A stretch of 62,941 nt of DNA, filler included, from 12 parts of 12 records of this genome joined end to end with filler, not necessarily neighbours in it; one strand, 5' to 3'; positions 1-11,585 are shown, counted from the first letter of the whole stretch. Translations and numbers: made by a program. Notes: generated by a model not told the origin, from the sequence alone.

Positions 1-166
1 GCGCCAGCGCGGCGGTATCTGTTGCCCAGTATTAATTAGTGAATACCGGCGCTTGAACTCGCCGGAAACAGCCGTTGGTCGAGTGTGATGTACCGTATGT
101 GCGTGCGCCGCGAGATCCCACTCGTCGCGCGGATCAGCTCTCGCGCGACCCGCGCGACGCCGGACG

Positions 167-2802
167 ATGCCGTCGCAACCGCGGACAGTGCTGCTGCTCG
201 GCCTCGTCGCCGCTGCGGAGGCTGGCCAAGGAGATCTGCCCGCCCCACCCTTCGGCGTGGACTCAAACGGCGGGTGGTTTGGCAGAGAGAAGCACATCGC
301 GCCGGCCGCTGGCAAGCAGCCACACATCGCGATGATCCTGTTCGACGATTACGGCTGGGCCGATGCCGGGTGGCACCGCATCGATGACAAAGATCCATCG
401 CGTGACGTGCTGACGCCGAATATGAATCAGCTGGTCGCCGAAGGTATCGAAATGGATCGTCACTACGTGTACAAGTGCGCACATTCCACCACCGCCAGAC
501 CTCGTCGGTGCCGTGCCCGTCGTTCTCAAGCACGCCTGATTTCGGAACAGATATTGCTCGCCCACGCGTTCGGCCATCCAGTCTGGGCGCAACCCATACC
601 ACGTGAACCCGCTCAACGCCGTGAGTTGCCCTGTCACCTTCCAAATTGGCCAGCCATTTATGGAAACCCAGTCAGTTCCACGAATGCTCTTGTCCTACGT
701 GGATCTGCGCTGCTGAAGCGCAATTCCTTCCTTGCGCGCTGCTGCTGATGCACACTCTCTCGCTGCTGCCCACTGCCCACTGCAGGCACCGGAGATTTAC
801 AACCCGGCGGACCCAGTCTCTGGTATGGCAGCCATCCCGCGCAACATGACGGGCATGGCGATGAAAATGTCTGCTGGTGGCTACAAGACTCATATGTTTG
901 GGAAGTGGGACGCAGGCATGGCCACGATGGACCACACACCACATGGCAGGGGCTACAGCACGGCTTTGCATTATTTTCACCACGCCAACGATTACTGGAC
1001 AATGGTAGATCATGGTGGCTGTGGTGGCAACAGCTCGACCCCGTCAAGTGACTGCCTGGCCACGCTGGTGAAATACTGTGCTGAATCCAAGGTGAAGAGT
1101 GAGCAGGCGTGCGCACAGTGCGCAAAGACACACGTCCAATCGTTGTTGCTCACGGGCTGCAGCTTGGGGGCGGTGGAGACGTACTGCGCTAACCCGAATC
1201 GGCTCGGCGCGAATTTTGCTAAGCCAGGACAGTATGTCGACCTGTGGCAGACGAATTTGGACGAGCCAGGCGTCCAGGGTCCGGCGCATGGGCGCAACAA
1301 CACCTGCCCACAGAACGGTGCGGAGAACAAAAAGTTCGGGGTTGGATGCCACGCTGGACCCAAGGGGGACCACTGGTGGGGCGGTTATGAGGACTCACTA
1401 TTTGCGCAGCAAGTCCTCCGCACTGTGGAGGAGCATGATCTAGCCCATCCATACTTCCTCTTTTGGGCTCCGCATATCGTGCACGCACCGCTAGAAGTAC
1501 CAGAACAGTTTTTCAACAAAATGGAACAGTTGATCGATGACGATAAAGACGGAGCGCAGCGTACTACCTATCATGCTATGGTAAACTTTGCTGACACTGC
1601 TATTGGGAACTTCACAACAGCACTAAAGGCGAAAGGCATGTGGGATCAGACTGTCGTGGTCTTCAGTGCCGATAAGTGAGTCATTCAGTCGCCCAGAACG
1701 ATGCGCACTGTCCCTCTGCCTTGCTATTCATGTGTGTCAGCTCAGTGTGTCAACCTAGTTTCTGAGTTCTTTTTCTAACAAAAAGTACATAATTATATGT
1801 GCATTGTTGTGCTTCGAAAGTGGTGGGCCCGTATATGCCAACGGCAGTGCCGGGGCAAACAATTACCCTCTCAAGGTGGGTCCTACTCTAGGCAGAACTT
1901 GCTCCTCGACTACTGCGTGCTTGTGGCTCCCTTAGTTGTCGGCCAAAGCCTGCGAAGATCTTGACCTTCGCGCTCTTCTCTGCCAATAACTGTTTAAATA
2001 GGGAGGCAAAATGGGCCAGTGGGAGGGAGGCATTCGGGTAAATGCGTGGGTTTCTGGAGGCTTCCTGCCGCAGAAAGTTCGTGGCACAAAGTACGAAGGG
2101 TTGGCATGTGGTTGGGACTGGTACGGAACGTTTAGCGAGTTCGCTGGGATCGATCCAACAGACTGGCGAGCTGCAGCAGCTGGTCTACCACCTGTCGACT
2201 CACACTCCCTCGTTCCTGTGCTCATGGGCACTGGCCCATCCACACGCAAAGAAATCCCGATCGGAACAGAGCCGCGGCTAGTCACCATCTACAATCATAG
2301 CAACCAGGTCAGCACAATTCAAGGTGTGATTCAGGAAGACGCGGAAGGCAGGCTATGGAAGCTGCTTATTGGCCATACAGGGCAGTCAGGCTGGCAAGGT
2401 CCGCACTATCCTAATGCCACCACCGACACATGCTGTTTCCAGAACGGCCCACAGGACTGCACCAGCACACGGATCGGCCCACCAGACCCTTGCCCACCCA
2501 ATGGCGATACGGACTGCAACGCTGGGTGTTTGTACGAGGTCAGGAGCGATGCGACCGAACACCGTCCTCTACAATCACAGTATCCTGAGAAGGTGCAGCA
2601 GATGATCAAGCGCATTGAAGAGCTCAAGGAGACTGCTTTTACGCCTGTGCGTTGCTCCATCGATGCGTGTGATGATGGGTTTGGGAATATTGCCTGTGGT
2701 GCTGCATCAGCTGGCGGGGGTGCTTCGTGTGCTGACCCTCGTGCTTGCAAGGCTGCGCAAGACAACGGAGGCTTTTGGGGTCCGTTTATTGACGTGCCCT
2801 GA
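167..2802 (+). CDS. Secreted arylsulfatase (family S1, ARSB/ARSI/ARSJ-like), 5 exons
   Basis: Has a signal peptide (MPSQPRTVLLLGLVAAAEA) and PHIAMILFDDYGW. Splicing out GT-AG introns 475-550, 621-785, 1676-1820 and 1876-2001 restores YCSPTRSAIQSGR (CxPxR formylglycine motif), GKWDAG, FSADNGG and NNYPLKGGKMGQWEGGIR. Confidence 0.93.
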
Positions 2803-3069
2803 GTTTACTGGCGCATTGCATGTCGTCATAAAATGATTGCAATGTGATAATGCAATTAAATGAAGCCATGCGCGCAGTGGAACCAAATGGGAAGTTGGAT
2901 GCCGTGGGTCAATGAATTCGGGTCATCTCTACGAGTAAAAGTTTGGATTTCGCCAACAGGTTTTACTGCCTCTCGGGGCTCTTTTGGTTTTTGCTAGCTT
3001 GTTTTTGTCCTTTGCACCAAAGGCTTGCCCGCACCTGTGTGAACGCATTTCCGCATATATAACCGACGG

Positions 3070-4872
3070 CTACCACCGGTGAATAGTCGCACCATGTTCG
3101 GCACCACGCATGTCACTGCTGCGAACAAGTTTTGGGCTGAATTCAGGCAACTCGTTTTCCACAAATTCTCCGATTTTGTAGCTTGCATCAGTGTTGTCAA
3201 AGTGTGTGTCTGTCATTGCGACCTATGTGTCAGACCATAAACTCTAATATGACAGACGCATCAACGGACATTATTGCTAAAGGGGTCGTTCTGGGCAAAA
3301 ATCGTACAGCCAAATTTGCCTCCAGTGCTTAGCGGGAAACCATACCCACGTCGAACAGGTTGTCCGTCCTCATCTTCCTCACACTGCCACATGCGAACCC
3401 ACTGCGCCTCCATGCCACCTGCGGCAAAGGTCTTTGCATCCATATTCCTCAGCTCTTCCAACGAGAACCAACGCAAGTCTGGTCGTTGTTTTGCCAGTTC
3501 TGCTTTGGCGTCCACGAGCACGTTGCCCGACTGATTAGTACCTGGCCGTCCAAGCTGGTGCGCGTATACGCGTTCTACTTGATAAGGGTGCTGTGCTCCG
3601 GACTGCTGTTGAATCTTGTTGTCTGCGATCCAGCTCATCCATCGCAACTCCAATCCAAAGGCAGAGCTTGCAAAGTCTGACAATTGTCCGATGACGTTGC
3701 TGTTGTCCATGTACCCACCTTTCGTCTCAGTGACTTCACAGGACGGTAGCCCCCAATGGTTGGAACCGTCTGTCTCATCTTTTCGCTGCAACAGCACACG
3801 ACCAGTCTGGTCCTCCAGCAGAAGTGCCGTTCGGCCAATGGTCTGCATGCCCTCGTTGATGCTGAGACCACTTTCACTGTCGCTGTAATAGCGTGCATCA
3901 GGGCACGTGTACGGTACAAGATGACTGTGATTGGGAGACAACAGCTCGGAGAGTGCGTGCGGATGGAGTAGGGGTCCGTTCGAAGGGGGAGAGCTCTTCG
4001 GGTGGAATTTCATGTAGAGGCCAAATCGATCGCCTTCCGATGTGTTAGGGCAGTAGGCGTGCCAACAGTAACAGTGCATGAAGACGACATCGCCCAGACC
4101 GATGTTTGGGTCCACAAGCTCGATATCTTCGAGAGGTGGTACGCATGCTACTTCAACGCTGTGTACCCTGCCATCGCTCGGCAGCACCCGCGTGCGAAGA
4201 TGCGAGCGAGGACTCAGCAACAGCGGACCTGCTTCTGTTGTATAGTTTGACAACGGCACTACCGCAAATATGAACGAAAGAAAACTCCCCACAGGTCGGT
4301 ATGGCTTGTAATCGTAGTGACAACCGTGTCCTGCAAACGCCGGCCAGCAATCAGGTTCCAAACCACGTCTTTTGCTGCTGTCACGATTGGCGGGACGCAC
4401 CAGGAGTGTATCCAACAGCACCAGCATTGTTGTACCCGGGAGGACTGAGATAAGACTGGTATTGCGAGAGCACCGCAGAGCCACCAAGCAACTTCTCAAC
4501 CGCATCGATGATCTTCGGGTGATCGCACGATGCACTTGCCACGTCAGGTGATTCAAGCAGCACGCGTGAGCCGAGCGAGTAGCGGTTTGCAGGGTCTGGG
4601 TACCGGTTCGACTTGCCTTCGTATAGATGTGATTTAAAACCGTGGTGTATCGGGTCTGCAAGTCGTTGGGCTTCACTCGGGCTGAGCATATTGCGGCAAA
4701 CTACAAAACCAAGCTCGTTAAATGTCGCTTCGTGCTCAGCTGTCAGCCTGCCCGACATTTCTTCGCTGAGCAGCGCATCTGTCTGTGCGGTCAGTGACAC
4801 AATGGCTGGCACGCGTCGAGAATCCTCGCCATCCACCGCCAGATGGGCTGTAACCTTCCGCAGCCGCTGCAT
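3070..4872 (-). CDS. Phytanoyl-CoA dioxygenase (PhyH) family 2OG-Fe(II) oxygenase fused to a degenerate Nudix-like domain, with N-terminal PTS2
   Basis: Contains FNELGFVVCRNML. Intron 4400-4331 joins to GHGCHYD (HxD), followed by VVFMHCYCWH...NTSEGDR (distal His and Arg). The C-terminal part has ALLLEDQTGRVLLQRK...HWGLP and LRWFSLEEL. The N-terminus RLRKVTAHL matches RLx5HL. A putative 47-nt last intron (3269-3223) extends the CDS to a TAG at 3070; otherwise it stops at 3261. Confidence 0.8.
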
Positions 4873-4982
4873 CCTGCGTTGTTCTGTGTCCAGCGCGCAG
4901 GCGTCAGCCGACGCGGTGACGCTCCAGCTGCCTGAGCGCGGGCGTCGCTACCCAACGTGCGCCAGACGTGTCGATCAGACTG

Positions 4983-5082
4983 NNNNNNNNNNNNNNNNNN
5001 NNNNNNNNNNNNNNNNNNNNNNNNNNTTAATTAATTAANNNNNNNNNNNNNNNNNNNNNNNNNNNNNNNNNNNNNNNNNNNN
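4983..5082. other. Artificial contig-joining spacer
   Basis: N-run + TTAATTAATTAA (stops in all six frames) + N-run, 100 nt. The same design occurs at 11731-11830, 16839-16938, 24361-24460, 27980-28079, 34220-34319, 41042-41141, 45452-45551, 50028-50127, 54392-54491 and 57737-57836. Confidence 0.99.
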
Positions 5083-5628
5083 ACTTCATCTGTTCAGTTC
5101 AGTCCGTCTTCTGATCTTCGCAGGTCTTCCCGGCTCGGTCATGATGAACAGTCTCACTCGACTCACCCTCTTAGTGGCGCTCGGTGCGTTCCGGTGGGGC
5201 TGCCTGCTGGCTCTGCCAGCACCAGCTCGCTCCTGTTGCAGAGTTGCACTTTGACTTGCAGCCGGATTGGTTTTGCACATGCTCATGGTTTTGTGCAAGC
5301 AGCATGTCCTCGGTAGATCTGATAGGAATTCAGTACGGAATGCAATTTGATTACTAGCTAGGAATTCCTAAACTCTCCACACTACAGGTGTAATCGAGTC
5401 CTACATGTATTTTCCAATACGATGGTACACCCAGCTGATTACCATTGCGACGCCCGGGACTACCTGAAGGTGAAGCGTGACCGGGGTATCAATTTAGGCC
5501 TGCCGCCGGCAGAGTCACTCCTCACCACGCACCTCCCCTGGGGCACCCGATGATGGTACAAGGCGACTGCTGGTACTAGAAGTGGCTGTTCCGGTTCGTT
5601 CGTTCGGTCGGTCGGGGGTCCGGGGCGG

Positions 5629-6537
5629 ATGGCGGCGTGCAGAGTTGTGTCGGTGCTGGCGCTGCTAGGGATTAGCGCCGCTCAGCACTGTGGGAACCCG
5701 CGTGCCTGTTCGATGCCCTGCCAGCCGGCGCCGCCCGGGACGCCGTGCCCATCGGGCGACGTGGAAGGCACAAACACGTGTGAGGCTGTCAACATGTGCG
5801 GGTGCTGCCGTGCAACGCACAGCGCGCCGCCGGCTCCGCCGGCGCCCCCGCGTCCGCCGACGCCCTGCCCACGATGCATGCCACTGCCGTGTCCGGCGCC
5901 GATCCCTGGCGGCCACTGTACGCCTGCTCCGACGGACAAGTGTGGATGCGCGATTGGCTGCGAGACGTGCACGCAGGCACAGCCAACTGGATGCAACGGC
6001 TACGGATGGATGCCAGATGACGGCACCGGCTCTGACCCGACACCATGTCGCCCAGCCGGTGCCAGTCCGCAGCAGGCAATGTGTGTGTACGGCGACCACT
6101 GCATGTGCGACGATGGCTACGTCTGCGAGGATACGCTCACCAGCGGCGAGTGCGCGTTTGGCACGGGAGGCTCTGTGCACTGCGTCCCTGAACAAGCAGC
6201 GCCACCGAGCCCGCCAGACCCAATCGGCGACAGGCCATGCGTTGCGCCGTGCGCCCCTGTGAGCGCCCCGTGTCCACCGCCAGGGAGCGGCGTGCCGTGC
6301 CGCGCTGCGTGCTGGTGTCCGGCAGGTGTCAACAACGGCGTGGCGACGTCGAGCACGTGCGACATCAGCACGCTGACCTCGGCGTGCGATGGTGTGGCAG
6401 CAGACGACAAATCGTTCTGCGAGTCGCAGTGCCACACACTGGCTGTCTCAATGGTGGGCGCCTGCAAGCAGCAATCCGCAGACATCTATGCGGCCGTGTC
6501 GACGTTCTTGGGCAACTGCGACGCAGCTGGCCACTAG
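5629..6537 (+). CDS. Secreted Cys/Pro-rich protein of unknown function
   Basis: 302-aa ORF with a signal peptide (MAACRVVSVLALLGISAA), several Cys-dense modules separated by poly-Pro linkers, and no transmembrane anchor. Confidence 0.75.
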   Translation: MAACRVVSVLALLGISAAQHCGNPRACSMPCQPAPPGTPCPSGDVEGTNTCEAVNMCGCCRATHSAPPAPPAPPRPPTPCPRCMPLPCPAPIPGGHCTPAPTDKCGCAIGCETCTQAQPTGCNGYGWMPDDGTGSDPTPCRPAGASPQQAMCVYGDHCMCDDGYVCEDTLTSGECAFGTGGSVHCVPEQAAPPSPPDPIGDRPCVAPCAPVSAPCPPPGSGVPCRAACWCPAGVNNGVATSSTCDISTLTSACDGVAADDKSFCESQCHTLAVSMVGACKQQSADIYAAVSTFLGNCDAAGH

Positions 6538-6637
6538 TGATTGGTGGTGCACCGCATAACCGGCAAGGTGGGTGTGCGTGTGTAACCCTTGAACAATATA
6601 TTTACACGTAAATTGTATAAGTAAATTGTATGGGCGG

Positions 6638-6671
6638 CATGTTTTGGTCGTCATGTTTTGGTCGTCATGTT
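6638..6671. repeat. Short tandem repeat (CATGTTTTGGTCGT, about 2.4 copies) between convergent genes
   Basis: Directly visible in the sequence. Confidence 0.8.
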
Positions 6672-6716
6672 GTAAGAACAGAGCAGACAGGACCTGAGCC
6701 TGCACAGTCTGCACGC

Positions 6717-8963
6717 TCAACGCCCTGGCATGCGATCGGCAGCATCCGCCTTGTGCGCTGTGGCGATGCAGATTCCACCAGGCCCGATCGATTTGATGGT
6801 AACGTAATTCACCCCGCCAGCTCCGATCGTCATGCTGTTTGCTCTAGTCACGTTCATCACACCATCATTCGCGTCTGCTCCCCCCTCCGCCATCCCCGTG
6901 TTCCACAAGGCCTTCATAGTGTCAACATCCCACGTCAACGTCAGGTCGAATGCAGATCCCGGTGAGATGCTGCCAACGCCGGTCGAAGGAATATCCAAGA
7001 CAAAAATGGCGACAGTGGGGTCGTGTCGATCGTGCCACGGTGGCTCCCAGTGATCTGACAAAGCCACGGTGGCTCCACGAAAATCCTCTCTCTCAAGCAG
7101 CACACGAAGTCTCAGCACCCCGCGTCGACTGCTAGGGAAATTCCAAGTAAATCCAGCAGACCTGGCATGAGCGTCCATCGCAGCGCAGAGCGCCAGCGGT
7201 GCTGCTGTGCGTGCATCGGAACGGCCAGTCACTGTCAGTCGCGGTTGTCTGACTGTCACGCCGTCGTGGTCGTTGCACGATGCACGAATATTGCGGGCGT
7301 TGAGCTGCGAACAATTGAACCAGTTCGTCGGATTGGTTGACCAGCGTGTGTAAGCACTGCGGTTGCCCCAGTTATCCAGCTGAAACCGCTCGAAGGTTGA
7401 CACCGAGTCTTCATGGGCATGAGCTATAGTGCACGGATTAAACTGGATACGCGTACCAGTGGGCGACGAGCAAGTAACATCTCCACATTTCGGCAAAACG
7501 TTGGCTGCAAACAGCTTGATAGAAAGAGAGCTCGCATCTGGTTGAATAAACACTTGCCTGTGCATCTGAGGGTCGAACTGCGCCCCTGTGCATGTAGCAC
7601 AAGCGACTATCCGCGCATCGCCAAGTGGGTCCGCACTCGGGGTACCAGCGGTACAACCCGAACTGTATATCCCGTCAAAATTGCTTACGTTATTCCACGT
7701 CAGTGCCGCCTCAGACGTGGTCCAGTCAGCGGACTGTGTAGTCTCCAAGAGCCACTCAGGTCGAAATCGCATAGCCGACCAGTGCTGCGCTCCTTGGCCA
7801 GACTGAAAGACTATTGAGCCGTCTACGGCGGCAGCACCCTCCGGGTAAGCGGTCCCGTGGTCACTGCTATCATCGCTGCTGCCTCTCATTGCGTTATCAC
7901 GCATCACTTCTCTGAAACCTCTCCACGTGAGGCCGTCGTCCAAAGAGATCGCAGCGTGCAGAATTGATCGGTATGTCTCGCCAGAAACGCTGGACACCGT
8001 TGGGCGTGCGTTGTTGAAAACCAGCACAATCGGTGGGGGAGAATCTCTCTTCGCAATCGGTGGCTGCAACCCACCTGCGGGATTAGCAGCAGTGGAGAAA
8101 GTGTCGCTGCCAGAGACGCGTAGCACAAGCACGGGGGACTGGAACGAGATGAGATTTGTCGGGTAGGGACTGCCAGCGAACGACGCCCCTCCGTCAGTTG
8201 AGTAGGCCTGCCAGAGGGTCGCCTGATCCGGCGTCCGCATCGTGCGTATAAACGTTAGTACTGTCCCATTGGAAAGCTCGATAGACGATGGCTCAACGCC
8301 TCCGTAGAAGTCTCCGGGCACAACTGCTAGGTTGGTCGAGTTTTTCCAGTGCTTGCCACCATCGTCGCTGTACATATACAGGATACCATGTTGGTCCCAC
8401 TGCCACCCCGAGAGCACGCGTCCTGCATACTGTCCCCGTGTCAAAAGTATCATGCCGTGAATTCCTCCACCGTTCAGCCCACTCCATATCTGTCGAACCT
8501 CACCAGCAGGCTGCGTCTCCCACACGAAGCTCGTGCCGTTCCAAGCGGCCCGCCCGCCGCTGTAGATACCCAGTGGGAGGAACTGGTAGAGCGTTGCAGC
8601 GGCAGCGGCAGTGCCCTGCTTGCCGTTCCACTGCAGCATTGCTGGAGCGGAGTACTTGGTGCCCGTTGGTGGCTGCGGCGCGCTGTGCAACTGCTGCGCG
8701 GCGCTCCACTCACGGCCCGAGCTGTTCGTCGTCATACAGTACTCACCGCGCCAATCCGACGCGAGCGGCGTGCACTGGAAGCAGAACCCAATCGTGCCGT
8801 CCGGGTTGTTGACAAACGAGACCTGTGGCGTCCAGCCCACGAAAGCACCAGGAATGGCGCGCACGTTCTCCAGAAGCGACTGCATTGGCTGAGGGCGCCC
8901 CGCATGCGCGCCGCCGCCTGCTACTGCTCCCGCCGCCACCAACGCGGCCGTCAGCATCACCAT
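6717..8963 (-). CDS. Secreted BNR/Asp-box sialidase-like (GH33-like) beta-propeller protein with C-terminal extension, single exon
   Basis: Signal peptide; Asp boxes YSDDGGKHW, YSTDGGASF and ISLDDGLTW; GVEPS, FIRT, YRSIL and TAYP lie in the positions expected for sialidase Glu, Arg, Arg and Tyr. Confidence 0.8.
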   Translation of the reverse strand: MVMLTAALVAAGAVAGGGAHAGRPQPMQSLLENVRAIPGAFVGWTPQVSFVNNPDGTIGFCFQCTPLASDWRGEYCMTTNSSGREWSAAQQLHSAPQPPTGTKYSAPAMLQWNGKQGTAAAAATLYQFLPLGIYSGGRAAWNGTSFVWETQPAGEVRQIWSGLNGGGIHGMILLTRGQYAGRVLSGWQWDQHGILYMYSDDGGKHWKNSTNLAVVPGDFYGGVEPSSIELSNGTVLTFIRTMRTPDQATLWQAYSTDGGASFAGSPYPTNLISFQSPVLVLRVSGSDTFSTAANPAGGLQPPIAKRDSPPPIVLVFNNARPTVSSVSGETYRSILHAAISLDDGLTWRGFREVMRDNAMRGSSDDSSDHGTAYPEGAAAVDGSIVFQSGQGAQHWSAMRFRPEWLLETTQSADWTTSEAALTWNNVSNFDGIYSSGCTAGTPSADPLGDARIVACATCTGAQFDPQMHRQVFIQPDASSLSIKLFAANVLPKCGDVTCSSPTGTRIQFNPCTIAHAHEDSVSTFERFQLDNWGNRSAYTRWSTNPTNWFNCSQLNARNIRASCNDHDGVTVRQPRLTVTGRSDARTAAPLALCAAMDAHARSAGFTWNFPSSRRGVLRLRVLLEREDFRGATVALSDHWEPPWHDRHDPTVAIFVLDIPSTGVGSISPGSAFDLTLTWDVDTMKALWNTGMAEGGADANDGVMNVTRANSMTIGAGGVNYVTIKSIGPGGICIATAHKADAADRMPGR

Positions 8964-8966
8964 CGC

Positions 8967-9315
8967 CTACCTGTGGCGAGAACCTGAGGGAGTCAGCGGC
9001 GTGCTTTCGCCTCCTGTGCTCGCCTCCACTCCAAGTACTCCAGCCGCTGCTGATGATTCAAGCCACTAGCTGCACGGCCACCCGAATACAGAGAAGCAGA
9101 AGCCAGAACGCAGTCAGAGAGCACCCAGAATACAAAGCAACTGCCTCAAGCGACTCACCGCCCGCAGACTCGCCGAGCTGTAGATTGCTCGCAGCGATCG
9201 CCTGCAGCTCGCCGTCGCGCAGCGCTTGCTCCAGGGTCGCACGCGCCGATTCCTCGGCCGGATCGCGCAGCACGACTGTACCCACTGAACCGCCCGTGCT
9301 AGCGCCGCAGCCCAT
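8967..9315 (-). CDS. Possible small 79-aa protein with N-terminal MGCGAS acylation motif (2 exons)
   Basis: ATG GGC TGC GGC GCT AGC at 9315; GTGAGT donor at 9158; CAG acceptor at 9050; TAG at 8969-8967. Confidence 0.3.
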
Positions 9316-9991
9316 CACCCATCACGCCATCAGTCGAACCGCGTAACGTGAACGTCACGCACGCACGCAGCTGCACAGGCTCCCGGCGCTCCGCGCCACG
9401 CTTTGCTTGGCGGTTGCGTCAACGTCACGTATCGATACTGGGGGATATTCGGCAGTACCACCGTTTCCGTGCGCTTCAGCCGCCACCGAATCGAGAGACC
9501 GGATGAACTCTCCCCGATGTTTATATATGTACCGTTGTAAAGCTCTTGATTTCAGCTTTGTAACGATATATTCCTCTTCCTGCCTGTGCGCTGACCGCTG
9601 TGCCAGCGACACCATTTTCCAACTCAGACAGCACAAAAGTTGAAAAGAAAATATCCCGGCGTTTGCGAATTTCCAATTCCATGGAATCTTCGGATCATGA
9701 ATGTTGAATCTTGATTCTTGAATGACACTCCGACACTCGCCGGTGCGCTGACCGTTCGCAATATCCGGTCGCCCCGCTATTGCCAGGCTCGTTAGCGCTG
9801 GGCTGTTTTCGTTTGTCGCTGGGAGCCGAGACCAGAGGCGGGTGACGCTGCTAGTGGGCCACAGCACTCGATCAGGCCTCACTACTACCTGCGTGTGTGT
9901 GCCTGGGTACGTGCGGCTGGACGCGGCTTTTGTGCGGCTGGTGGGCGAGCAGGCGCTGCCCGTTTGTGGGTACTTGTGGCTGGGACACGAA

Positions 9992-10844
9992 ATGGGCTTC
10001 TTTCAACGCCTGTTCGGCGCGCTGGGTATGAGCTCAAAGGCGTGCAAGATCCTGGTGGTCGGGCTGGACGACGCTGGCAAGACAACAATCATGAATCAGA
10101 TCATGCCGAAGAAGGTGCGCGCCGACTGAACACGCAGCTTCGCCCGCGCGCTGGCCCCGTGCAGTACACGTGCGGCGCTATCCTTACCCGGGAAGGAGCC
10201 ATGCTCAGTACCTTTGACGTTGTCGCGTGCAGCACCAGTACAACGAAGTGGTGCCGACTGTGGGGTTCAAGATTGAGCAGTTCGTGAAGAACAACATCTC
10301 CTTCACGATGTTTGACATGTCCGGTGCCAGCACGCACCGCGACTTGTGGACGGCATACTACGCTGAGTGCGACGCCGTGATTTACGTGGTGGATTGCAAG
10401 GACAAGCTGCGGATTTGTGTAGCGAAAAAGGAGCTGGATGATATGCTCGAGAATCCAGGTGTGTGCCAACAAGGTCCGAGTCGGTGTGCAGCAGCTTCAG
10501 CTGAGCGCGTGCTGCTGTCGGCACCGCAGATCTGAAGGATAGACGAATTCCGTTCTTGTTCTTCGCGAACAAGATGGACATCGCGGGATGCCTTTCCCCG
10601 TTCGAGTGCTGCGCCAGCTTGGGGCTGGATGATATCAAGTCTAAGCCATGGCACATCACGTACGCCGTTGCCGCTTGTTGCTGTTGCGCGCACTTGTTGC
10701 CCCCGCGTTACAACTGGATTCCCGATTCGATAAACCTGACGCAGTTGTTCGTGCCGGTGACGATGCAGTCACTGCTGTGGACTGACTGGTGAGGGTATCG
10801 AGGCCGGTGTCTCTTGGTTGACCGAGAAGCTGACGGTCAGCTAA
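9992..10844 (+). CDS. ARL6: ADP-ribosylation factor-like protein 6 (BBS3), 4 exons
   Basis: MGFF N-terminus, GLDDAGKTT, PTVGF, FDMSG, RICVAKKELD, RIPFLFFANKMD, IKSKPWHI and LTGEGIEAGVSWL. Introns 10115-10232, 10459-10529 and 10660-10768. The DMSG and KPWHI motifs are ARL6-type. Confidence 0.92.
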
Positions 10845-11482
10845 CCTTGACAAGCAATGCATCCTCGTGCAGGCTTTCAATCAGACAAGGAGCCGACGGC
10901 TCCTTTTAGAGCTGAAAGCTGTGGGCTGACGTTGGTTTCTATGGCGAGAGATGCAGCCCCGCCAGGCAGCCTTTGGACACCCGCACTTACACCAGCTGGG
11001 TACAGCTCAGCAATGTCACCTCTATACATATACGTAATCAGACAAGTTTGCATCGCGTCGTTTGCACAATCATTTTACACACCCATCGGCGAGCCATAGC
11101 CGAACACGACGAGGATCGAGGAAGTCCTACAACATCGCGTCGGGGCAGCCAGCGGTGAGCTCTTGCATACTGATCGTAACGTTCTGCCTGCGTCGTGTTA
11201 GTCCATAATGTTGGCGAACCAGGCATCCTTGCAACATGACGAGAAAAGTGGTAGGCGGACACTCTGAACCCTTCTTGGTACTCCTTGTGTGCCGCTCTGT
11301 GCCTCGTGGGCGGCGCGCCAGATGGCAATTGACGGACAATCGCTGGATCGTCGATCGATGATTACAATCCCCTCATTTGTGCCGGCTCTCCTCAAGCAAA
11401 GCAGCCATAGGTATCGATGCCCATGCACATGGTAAAGGCATACACGGCGCGCGGCGAAATCCCCGTTCGTGGCGTTTCGCAT

Positions 11483-11585
11483 TGTGGCTCCCTCGATATA
11501 TCGGGATTTTGACACCCATTTCTGGAGTAGAATAAAACTTTTTTTAAAAACACTGTTGAAATCCCGATATATCGGGGGAACCACA
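11483..11585. repeat. 103-bp inverted-repeat (hairpin/MITE-like) element with 32-bp arms
   Basis: TGTGGCTCCCTCGATATATCGGGATTTTGACA matches the reverse complement of TGTTGAAATCCCGATATATCGGGGGAACCACA at 28 of 32 positions; the spacer is AT-rich. Confidence 0.8.

Noticed and set aside
9355-9882. 175-aa minus-strand ORF between the sialidase and ARL6
   Set aside because: It has no recognisable motifs and crosses a compositionally mixed divergent promoter region.
10310-10335. ARL6 switch II reads DMSGAS, lacking the catalytic Gln
   Set aside because: Ala at this position is already known in Chlamydomonas BBS3, so it is not novel.
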